A stretch of DNA of 64,000 nucleotides, taken from the NCBI GenBank assembly GCA_004764695.1, contig SMSO01000014.1, positions 6,066,029 to 6,130,028 of the forward strand, read 5' to 3'. Position 1 is the first letter of the stretch, and every line of letters begins with the position of its first letter. The notes under the pieces are model-generated. The model searched no databases. It saw only the letters and a list, made by a program, of their open reading frames with translations, and had not been told where the DNA came from. The position numbers and the translations under genes are program-made. The DNA is from Schizochytrium sp. TIO01. Its lineage: Eukaryota > Protista > Bigyra: Labyrinthulomycetes. Positions 1 through 10,469 of this stretch are shown here, piece by piece.

Positions 1-652
1 GTATGTTACTTCCTCGTGTAGATGGTTCTCGAGATCGTCGACGAGTCTCTGAAGATAGATCTGCTTCTCGTTTCAGCGATTTGGGGCGCTCAAAAGATTT
101 CGAGTACTGATGATGGGGAGTGGAATGAGGGTACCCTGATTTTTTGGCTGTCATATTGTGACGACCGTGGATCGCAGAGCTTGGATGAGGCCTTTTCTGT
201 TGAGCAGAACTGGTAATATTGTTGCTTCGTACCATTATACGGTTTGAGCAATGTGCGGACTGGGGTCGCCCTTTCGGCTTTTTATTTCTCTGTGGTTGTG
301 CAAAATGATTTTCTGACGATGAGTTGCTGCTCAAAGATGATAAGTTGCTGGTCTGCCCTGGTGAATATTGACATCGAGCTGTCTCCGGCCGCTTCCTTGA
401 CATTGACTCAGTTACTTTACGACATGGAGGCCGAGGTTGGTATACCTTTCGGATTTCGTGCTTACTGCTCATGATAGGGCTGAGCTCCTGATTGCCAGTG
501 CTCGGAGAATTTGACTCACTGGCACTGTTGCAGCTTTTAATAGTATCAGACTCGCAATAGGGTGAGGACGGCTGAGCCCCACATGGCCAAAATGCCCGGC
601 GGAGATGTGCTAAATCAGCCTCCATGGACGACGGCACACTGTCAAGAGTCAT
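1..652 (-). CDS. Partial hypothetical protein, runs off the left edge; low-complexity, Ser/Arg/Pro-rich
   Basis: Manual translation: first ATG at 652 after an upstream in-frame TAA, then open for 217 codons to base 1 (MTLDSVPSSMEADLAHLRRAFWP...MSRKRPETARCQ...GRPQSAH...ERPKSLKR...). It is missing from the ORF track because no stop lies in the window. Confidence 0.65.
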   Translation of the reverse strand, partial: MTLDSVPSSMEADLAHLRRAFWPCGAQPSSPYCESDTIKSCNSASESNSPSTGNQELSPIMSSKHEIRKVYQPRPPCRKVTESMSRKRPETARCQYSPGQTSNLSSLSSNSSSENHFAQPQRNKKPKGRPQSAHCSNRIMVRSNNITSSAQQKRPHPSSAIHGRHNMTAKKSGYPHSTPHHQYSKSFERPKSLKREADLSSETRRRSREPSTRGSNI

Positions 653-1699
653 CTTGGCCGTCGCCCGCTGCAGTACACCTTGCACGCAGCTCTCCTGGCC
701 TTCAAATATTTATGACTGCTCACTTCCTTAACTTCAGTTTGAGCGACCGCTTCTTTACTAGCCTGTCACGATCAATAAAGGAGAAAAAGTTTCCTTAAGT
801 CGGTGTGTACCTTATAGAATACTTCTACTGAAATGTGTTTTGCCCTCCTGTTGCCTGCTTTCCATACTTCACATGGGCAATCTAGTAGTTGATCTATTTT
901 TTCCTTCGAATAAAATTTTGAGTAACATGAAGTATATGTATTTAGATAGGCAAACGACCTGTGTGACTGAAGTCTCAGATGAGTTCATGCAACATTTAAG
1001 TAAGCGCGAGGAGACATGATATGTAAACCAGGAAACAAAGGCAATGGGGAACGGTTGCACATATTTGATTAGGCATATTCGACAAACCACCAATTGGATA
1101 GTAAGAACTCAAGCTTAGTACACCAATCATCCTCACTTGAAGAGGTAGTAAAATTCTCTTGCACTTAAACCTAAAGACAGATTGAAAAGCGAACAATTTG
1201 AATCATATAACGGATCTCCGTAGTGAAGTACACACCTCATCTTTATTTGTTAGTCAAAGGTGACTGCACTAGTGATCATTAGAAATTCCCAATTACATTG
1301 TATACTATTTAGGATAATCAAGCTTTAAGTAGATATGTGTGGGAGGATGCGAGAGTGAGTATCAAGTGAGTGATAGTTCAATTGTGAGGGCAGCTGGTAG
1401 GGCAATAAAGTGATGGCATTTCTATAGTATATTTTCCCTGTGGCTAGGTAACTCGGCTATAAAATGAGCGGCAACGAAATACTCTATCAGAAGCAACTGG
1501 AAGTAGATAACAAGAGGTTCTGAGGGATACCATGATCTGTATTGTATTCGTCGCCCTATGGAATTGCATCAATACTTAATATACGTGAAGAAATAGCAGT
1601 TACAATGAGGTTTTTCCTTTTTGGAATAACTTGTGCAACTTCAAAACAAGCAATAAAGTAATCACGGCACATGACCTTAATTAAACAACAAACGAAGAA

Positions 1700-2656
1700 T
1701 TATGAAGAGGAGCCACTACTAGAGATAAAACCTTGCTGCAACAAGAGTTCACGGGCAACATTATTGATAACTTTGAAGCGCGAAGGACCCATCTGAATAC
1801 CACCGTACCAGCGACTAACAACTACCACGACATTCCGTGCATCTACAATATCGAGAAGTCCAGCAAGCTTTGAGCCAGCTGCGTTTTCACCATCGTCATC
1901 GTTATCACAAATGAAGCTGCCTGGTTTGTCCTGGCGCTCAATACGGTACGCCATCATGTTATGTGTGGCACGAAGAATTTTGCGATCCTGCTTGAGCGCG
2001 AAAATCACCTCAAGTGCCTCTTGAGCGCTGGTCACTTTGGCTACATGTGCCTGAAAAGATGACTTTTGTTGGGTGAATGGATCTCCACTAATAATCGTCA
2101 ACGGCTTTTCACGCTGCTGTGACCTCTTCTGGCGCGCTTTGTCCTCTTCATATGCCTTATATGCCTCCATGTCATAATTTTCCTCTTCAAAGCCATGATC
2201 TTCACTGGAATTTTGTCCAAAGCTGCTCCAGCCCGTCTTCATAGATTTGTCGTTCTCAAGGACATTTTCATCATCATGAACATCTTCTGAAGCGTTGTCA
2301 ACATCTATAATCTCATTGAGCTTTTCACGCAAGAATTCAACCCATGCAAAGACCACGACGTCCGGAGCTTGGTACAGCTCTAGCAACTCTTTGTGAAGGT
2401 CTTCGACCTGGTCTTTGCGAGGCCAGTTCCGAATGGTCGCAATGGGAGGCTCAGAACTAGGGTACCCAGTCGGAAGGTCCACGCGCAAAGCTGCGGGGTC
2501 TGTGTACTCTGGCACATCTGCAGCGTCCTGAAGTCGGATGCTCATGCTTGAGGCCCCATGGCGATCCAGCTCGCCCGCGTATATCTCCGAGAGCACCTCA
2601 AGCTCCTCAGCACGAGCTGCAGCGTCTTCCTCAGAGACGCCCTCGCTACTGCTCAT
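1700..2656 (-). CDS. IMPACT: IMPACT/YIH1 family protein (N-terminal RWD domain + UPF0029 domain)
   Basis: RWD signature (EELEVLSEIY...LPTGYPSSEPP) and UPF0029 motifs (KSSFQAH, ATHNMMAYR, DDDGENAAGSKL, VVVVSRWYGGIQMGPSRFKVINNVAR). First ATG is at 2656; the ORF track start at 2674 is TTG. Confidence 0.93.
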   Translation of the reverse strand: MSSSEGVSEEDAAARAEELEVLSEIYAGELDRHGASSMSIRLQDAADVPEYTDPAALRVDLPTGYPSSEPPIATIRNWPRKDQVEDLHKELLELYQAPDVVVFAWVEFLREKLNEIIDVDNASEDVHDDENVLENDKSMKTGWSSFGQNSSEDHGFEEENYDMEAYKAYEEDKARQKRSQQREKPLTIISGDPFTQQKSSFQAHVAKVTSAQEALEVIFALKQDRKILRATHNMMAYRIERQDKPGSFICDNDDDGENAAGSKLAGLLDIVDARNVVVVVSRWYGGIQMGPSRFKVINNVARELLLQQGFISSSGSSS

Positions 2657-3534
2657 CGGCACAGGGTAGCTCAATCTCTAACAAAGAGTCCTTGAAGGAG
2701 TTGAAGTAATGTAGGAATAGTGCCAATGAATGAAGAAGAAAGAAAGTGAGAGAGAATAAATGGATGAATAAATCATTACATAATAAGAAGTTGGTTCATA
2801 CGTACAACACATGCAGAAATTCACAAGAGAAGATTTTCCGTGGGGTTTGGACGCTATTGACGAAGGTAGAGAAGTGAAGTGCAGCAAGACTTTCGAGAGA
2901 CCGGATGATTGGATAGAGAGTAACCAAAGCAAATAAACTTATTGAGCAAAACAATTTTTGTGGGGTAAGAAAAGTTTGATGCAAATTAACTAAGAATTTA
3001 TCAATTCTAGCCAAAGAAAACGCCACGGAAAGTCTAAGCAAGCTTTGGAGGCCATGCATGGTCGAAGGGAGCTATACCAATCAAACAGGAGATAATTTAG
3101 AAAGGCATGGTGAGCTAGGCTATGAAAAAAGTTCGGTTCTGAAAATATTGATTTTAGTAGGTACAAGAATTGAAAGCGATATTTATCATGATCACTACAA
3201 CAACACAAACACACCCTCCCCTCCCAACAAAGTTGAGTGAAATTCTGCATCCAATTGTTTTTGCAAACCAAGCACAAATGTTGAACTGTCTCATCCACGC
3301 CGATTTAATTGATTGGCACAGCTACATTGACTTAACAGGTGAGTTTATTCTGCTTCGTTTTATCTTGTTAGTTTCTTTTTTTAAGTGAAAAAAAAGTATT
3401 TTTCTTTCTTTGGTTCGATCGATCGTTCATAAGTTCAACCAACCTCTGTGAAGACGAACCCGGAGACAGACGGCACTGCAGTGACGTACAACGACAGGCG
3501 AGAAGAAACCCCTGAGCGATAACGAATCTTCCCA

Positions 3535-5779
3535 ATGATCCGTCGATCTAAGCGAGGCGCTGCGCTCAAAGATGTGGTGCGCCTGGAGCGTGGGGATGAT
3601 GAGCATCGCGATAACGATGGAGCCGTGGACCACGGGCGTGACGACCAGGAATACTGGCGTAAGGGCGCCAATCTTGGAACAACTCGTGACGAAGAACTGG
3701 GTTCAAAGGAACTGCAGAGGCAAGAACAATCTTCCCAAGAACCTTTGGTTGCACAAGAAAAGATGGGCTTGCGGCGCACTGGAAGGAATCCGAAAATCAC
3801 TCGATCGGCACGTGCGAAAGCAATAAATAATAGCACCAAAAAGGTTAACCATCTTGGTAAAGAAGTTCACGAGAAAGGCTCCTCCAGGGACGAAGTGAAG
3901 GGAAATCCTGTCAAGACGAGAACTACCCGAAGAACTGCGACAATTCATAGCGAAGAAGGCGACAAGAGACGCAGTTCCGCGGATAAATCCAATATTGTTG
4001 ACCAAGGAACTGAGGATGACAAATACTCTACAGTGACGATAAGAATGAAAAAGGGAGCCAAGAAACCTGCAAGTTTAGCAGCTGCAAAGACTAAGGTTTC
4101 TAAAGAGTCACAATTATCCTCGATGGCTCCTAAGGACCTAGGTACGAAGCGCAACAAAAAGTCGCTAGCATCTACTTCATCTGCTGAAACTGAAGTTGCG
4201 AGCTGTGTAGAGACAATCATATCTAATGAACCTGTGGTTCAAGTGTCAAAACGTATGCGCAAGCCGACAAGACTTGGGGATGACTTTGTGACCGAAATCA
4301 TACCTGGTCAGTATCAGAATTCACGCTCACAAAAGCCGCAGCCAACGAAGAAGCGCAAGCCCAAGAAAACCAATCAAGTCGAAGCTACAGCAAAGAAAGC
4401 CAAGCTATCTGCCAGAAAATCTACTGTTGCAAGATCTTTACACTCAGAGGCGTCAACTAAAGGACTCCTCAAAGAAAGATACTCATCCACAACCCCAGAA
4501 CGATGGTATCTTAAGAAAGAAAGTAACTTCTGCTGATGTTGAGCCTGTCTTCACAACTTTATTCAGGACACAAGATCCCTCAACAAACCAAAGGAAATCA
4601 GGTAAAAATCCACGCAAGGCAAAGAAGCGGATTGCCTCTGACGAGACTTCTTCGTCTCAGGTGATTGGAAAGGAGTGCAACAGCTCTTATGACTCTGTAA
4701 CTATGGACGACAGTTTTCGCCAACCTGACTTAGTTTCTGCGGCCGTGTCACTTTCAAGCCACTCGAAACTTGTAAGAGAAGGCGATTTTCTTCAAGAGCA
4801 AATGTTGCAATTGCCTACAGAAACACTAGCATGTTTTGTGGAGGAGACTGAGCCTGAGGTTGCCAACGCAATTGAACTTCTTTCTCAGGCAAATGATGAT
4901 GTGATCCTCTCCAAAGAGATTGTCCCCTCCAAAGCAACCGATAATGCTGTCTTCTTTGATGATGTCAGGGAATCGGATGCGCTTCTAATGCTTTCTGTTA
5001 TGGCTGTTGAAAACAGTGGTTTGGCTCATGTGCACTTTGACCTTTCTGTGCCGAAGAATCTTGCATGCATCTATTCTGAGCCAGGCGTTTTATCCAGTGC
5101 TTGTTGCGACACATACAACTCCACCTTCGCTATTAGTGAAGTTTTGGACGACACTGTATTTTCGGCACAAGAAGACTTTGCTGGAGATGGCACTTCTAAT
5201 CAATTGGGGGCTGGAAAGACACAAGGGTTCTCGACAAGGTCTTTTACCAAGAAGGAGCGTAATGCGTACTTTCGTTTTTCACGTCACGATCTGAGCACAG
5301 CTTTGTTCTCTCATCTTGCTTTAGATAGAGAAAGCTCTCAGGGAAAAGAACGATTTAGCTTCTTTGTCAAGGAGCTTATACAGCGGGAAAACTGGAGCCC
5401 ACCTGAAATCGGTGAAGAGTTCAACATAGACTTCACTACTTTTTCAAAAGACACCTTGGCTTATTTTTGCCACCTATTTGGTATTAGACTTAAGCGCCGA
5501 CGCAAGTCTCAATCGAATGTGGAGAGTGGGAATGGCTCGAGCTCTGCAACGTACAACGAGGTTGCTCGCTCATCAGGGATTGACGAGGGGAATTTCACTG
5601 AGGAAGTAGAAGGAGTCTGCAGGGAAGAGATCTCTGGTCTTGGCACTTCAAATACGTCAATGCCTAGTGCTATACAAACTGTCGCATCTGTGACATCAAA
5701 GACTGTTATTAACAGTTCTGTGCAAGACATTCCAGTGACTCTTCGCTCACTTTCAGGAGTCAGTGTTGGAGTGCACTGA
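3535..5779 (+). CDS. Lys/Arg-rich putative nuclear protein with a C-terminal ET/NET-like domain; split into two overlapping frames (3535..4536 and 4292..5779)
   Basis: Two long same-strand ORFs overlap, and frame 2 is open from 4292. The second has no early ATG and the composition is continuous across the join. VKELIQRENWSPPEIGEEFNIDFTTFSKDTL resembles the BET extra-terminal consensus. A probable 5'UTR intron lies at 3339..3433 (GTGAGT...AAG). Confidence 0.55.
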
Positions 5780-7172
5780 ATTAAAATTACCAAGAAGATC
5801 ATTATTTAAAGTGAATGAGCAGGTGCACTGCAATTTTTACCTACAATATGCTGCAACAGCAATTTGGTGAAGAAAAGTTTTAAAGGCTGTTCAATCATTG
5901 CTATACATCTTTTGTGCATCGCAATTTACTATGGCAACATGTAGGTGGTTCATAAGCGAGGATATTGTATATCACCGCTCCTAAACACTCAGGAAAGCAT
6001 GGCCTCTTCAACTGTTAAGTGCATACTTCTGTTGAGTAGTTTGAAGTAGCTTAGGACTTTCCTTTTCCCGCTTCACATGCTCCTCGTCCAACTTCCGAAA
6101 CCCTAGTTTGTCTTGCCGTTTACTCGTTTACTGTACGAGGTGGATAGTTACTATATATCTCAGAATACCTACCTGGCCAGGGGTCAAACCAAACCTTAGC
6201 ACTGCCACATGGTGAGCAACTTGAAATTCTATCATTTAATCATTCATTATCTCCTTTTAAAATCAAACAATACCATTTGAAGTGAAAATTTGGATTCTAG
6301 GATATCAAAGTACTACCTTCATGAGTTAAAGCTAAGGTGTGGAACAAGACAAATTCAGGAATGTAGCCCTTTATGTTCTGGATTTTGACATTAACTTTCT
6401 CAAATTCCATTTCCTCAGTATAAAGTATGTCAAAAGCACGAAGAGTGCAACCTTTCTTTTCTAGATTGAAGGATTGCTACTTGCAACTCCCTGCCATATA
6501 TCTCTACAGTTTATTCCAACAGATGTGCAATCAAGTGACAATGCGATCTCGTTCATGATGAACGGCGTACCCACTAGGAAAATCCACTCCGAAACAAGCC
6601 ATGTTGCCTCCAATGATCTCATGAGCACCTACAGAATAAATTTGGCGATATTTGAGTGCTGGCCTGAGTGGTGACTTTTAGAATCAAAGAAAACATCAGG
6701 AACATTTCGACTTGGCACCTTACTGGTTCTATGGTTTATGATAGCTAAAAACTCTAGTATCCAGCTCTGGCTTTGCGACTTTGCTCGATGGTGCAAATCA
6801 ACTTTGCTTAAAACGCCTCACGTTCCGGGTTCTTCGGGAACCTGATAAACCCCAAACCATAGCAACGGGACTGTGGTAAACGCTTTAGTTGTGCTGCAGA
6901 TCAATCTCTAGTCTTTGGTATTTGACGAGCTGGAGCTTCTGGGAAACAGGGTCAGAATTGCCAGGTCTTCATGCGAGGCTGACGCAGACAGGCTAGTCTA
7001 TCCCTGATTCTTATGCCTCCGTGAAACCTCTGCACGTGAGATTTGAGAAATAGACTGATACAACTCATCGAAAATAAGGACAGACTTTGTCGGTGACTGT
7101 TTTGGGCACATACGTATCCCTCTTATCCCCACGAAAGAAGGTTTAACAAGAATAAAGTGACCCAATAAAACA

Positions 7173-9827
7173 ATGCTTAGCGAAAAAGTGGTCACGGCTG
7201 CAATTCAGAAGATTAACGAGGGCGCAAAAGAGGTTTCGTAAGTTCATGGCGTATCATAAAATAAAATGGGCCCAATTTACTAATACGAAGCTCAATTGTA
7301 ACCCCTTTTTTAGGCTTGAAGAAAATATTTTGGACCCTGAAGGAGTGGAGGCTGTCCTAGCCGCAGTCCGTAAAAGCAAAATATTGCGCTACCTTAGGTA
7401 CGTGTACAAGAAAAGACTTGGAATTGCCACGCTGATTTTCTCCTTACTGTCTTGCAGCACAATTATTAAAACTAACGTTTCTCAATCGAATGTGAGCTGA
7501 GTAGTTTCTGGAATTGCAAAATTGGGGATAAGGGAGCCCTATTGGTTGCGGAGGAGCTTCAACAGAACCGGACTCTATATGAAATTGCGTAAGTTCACCT
7601 ATAATATAATTTCTTCATGTCGTGTAAAAGGCCACACGCAATAGACTCGAAACTCACATATACATACAGTTTGACCGGAAATGTCATCACGGACATTGGA
7701 GCCAAAGCTCTTGCTGGGGCCCTTCAAAACAACACCTCCTTGATTGCATTGAGGATGGCTAATAATGAAGATATCACATCAGAGGGAGTCGTAGCCATTG
7801 CTGAAGTATTACAAAAGCACAATAATACCATTCGTGAGCTCAAGTAAGTTTTGTTTTCCACAATCGCTAACACAACCCTAGGACCACGTTCTGATTTTAA
7901 TTTTTTTTGGCGAATTTTTGAATGCTTGAAACAGTCTTGGATATTGTCGATGCGGAGACATTGGAGCTCGAGCATTCGCTGCTGCATTAGGGCACAACAA
8001 GGGCTTACAGGTTCTAGAGTAGGTTTATATAAAATTAAAAAAGTCGCCAACAGACAAAAGGACTAATGGAAGCTACACCATACCATTTCTAACAACACAG
8101 TCTTGATCAAAGTCAGATTAGCGAAAATGGAGCCACATCTCTTGCTCTATCTCTTAAGAACAATCGCTCATTGAAACTCCTGGAGTAAGTCGCAGAATAC
8201 GTAGAACTTGAGTGTAAGTACTTTTGGGGCTAACATTTTGATTTCTTGCGGTCTATATCAATAGTTTACGGTTCAACGACATCGGGGATCGTGCAGTTTT
8301 TGCGCTTGCTGTTGGCCTTCAACACAATCGTACCTTGGAGCACTTGGAGTAAGTCTTGTATTTTAGGGCACACCGCTGACTTGAAAGCTAACTATTTCAA
8401 TTCCTTCGCGTTCATCTTGCATTTGCATCAATATAGCCTCTCATGTTGTGGAGTGACAAGTCAAGGCATTCGGGCTCTGTCTGCAGTTCTCGAGGGCCAC
8501 CCCACGGTTACTGGCCTAAGGTAAGTCTATTGTAGCAACCATGTCTAACGCAACAAAGGCTAAAGTTAAGCTAACTTGAAACTTTCGGTTTTGTGCATAG
8601 CCTCGCATTCAACGAGGTTGGGACGGACGGGGCAATTGCTTTGGCTGAGGCTCTCAAGAAAAACACTCAAATCCAACTCCTCGGATTGTCACATAATCGA
8701 ATTGATGCCAGGGGTGCGGAAGCTCTTGCAAAAGCGCTCGAGGAAAACACCTCAGTGCTTCGACTAAAGTAAGTTGTCGTTAAATGAAAAGGAGCCTGTA
8801 AAATTCCAGTTTGCTAACTCTATGCAAATGTCTTGAATGTATAATGATATGAATAGTTTGGAGCGAAATCAGGTATGCGATGATGGTGCTCACGCTCTCG
8901 CGGCAATGCTCGAACAGAATCAAACACTCAAAGTTATATTGTACGTTAGATACCATTTTGTTCAAGAAAAATCTCGAGGGTTGAAATAACTTACATGAAA
9001 CCTTGGAATTTGACAGTCTTTATGACAATAACATTACCATGATCGGTGCAAGCTCGTTGGCAAAGTCTTTGATCCAAAACCAGGCATTGGAATCCTTGGA
9101 GTAAGTTGCGACTATAATTTGCTACAAATGTGTTTATATTGCACACAACTAACCTGAAAACCCCGATGTTGATTATTGTGCGTAGCCTAACATTAAATCA
9201 GATTGGAGATGAGGGTGCCCGCGCATTTGCAGAGGCATTGGGGAACAATGAAACGCTTGCGCGACTGAACTTGTTACAGTGCAAATTAACAGATGAAGGG
9301 GTACATTTCTTTGACGATGTACTCCAAAAAAACGAATCTTTAACACATTTGAAGTAGGTGAGCAATAAAATACCCGTGTTGGATGATTCTTTTGGACTAA
9401 CAATCTGTTGAATATGCACAGTTTTGACCCCCAAGCAAGCCCAGCTATTTCTGTCCATCTTGAAACAAACAAAGTTCTGCAAAGTCTTAATGTCGAGGTA
9501 GCCAATATGAGAAAGCTGGCGATAGAGCTGATCCTTTGCAATAGAATATTTGTGCACTATGGTTTGCCTGTAGGACGTAAACGAGCTCGCGAAGGATCAG
9601 AAGTAGAAAGATTCGACAACAGATTTAAGAGGAATTTGTCATCCAAGGATCTACGTTTGTGCAGATTGCGTGCACAACAAGTGTATTTACAATCACAGAT
9701 TGACCAACTTGCCGGAAACGTTCCGCTCATAGCTCCTTTCCTCCTGCCATGTGTAGAGGTTGTTCGAAATTTCAAAAGATGCGTTGATCGCCTTGCAACG
9801 CCGATGTCCGGCTTTTGTGTTTCCTAA
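7173..9827 (+). CDS. RI-like (28-residue) leucine-rich repeat protein, paralog A; 13 exons, about 14 LRRs plus a C-terminal domain
   Basis: Hand-spliced: join(7173..7237,7314..7397,7505..7588,7670..7843,7935..8018,8101..8184,8265..8348,8437..8520,8601..8768,8857..8940,9017..9100,9186..9353,9422..9827). All introns are GT..AG, phase 2, and the frame stays open. Repeats match LxxNxIGDxGAxALAxALxxNxxLxxL. Confidence 0.9.
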
Positions 9828-10469
9828 CATTTAATCGCAAATAATTAGTCCTTTAATTTTCACTTAGAAGGTTTTGTATACCTATGTACCTACTGTTGGC
9901 GCGAGGAACAAGATTTGACAATGTTAACAGATAGAGCCAAAAATATCCACATGGTCAGCTTTTCTGAGCCTTTATATACTACATAAATTGATTTATCCAG
10001 ACCTTGGCCTTCACATTCTAATCTGTTTTTGTTATCTCCATTGCGATCAACAATAGGCATGTTCCTACCCAAATGCATGATATAATTCTCAATTGATGTA
10101 CTAAGGAACATCTTAATGTAGCGTGGCGGAACGTGCAGCAGGACTAGCACTAGCCTAGAATTTACCAAATCCACTCTGATAGTGTTGGCCACTATCAGTA
10201 ATTATAGGATACTGCTACCCAGTAACACGAAAAATATTCATGAGTTCATTTTTCAGAGGTAATGGCCCTTGTTCTTCTGCAAAGAGTTTAGATCTGCACG
10301 TAGATTCAGGTTGAGTACAGGAGCACCACTTTCTGTTCTTTACTTCATCAACCAGTGGTTTTACCTGATTCTAAAGCGACTGCCTCTGTGCTGCGGTCTG
10401 CTGTTTTGTATCGCTTTCAGCCTCCCTGCTCACGCGGAGCTTGTTTTCGGAGCAAAGCGTTGTGACATC

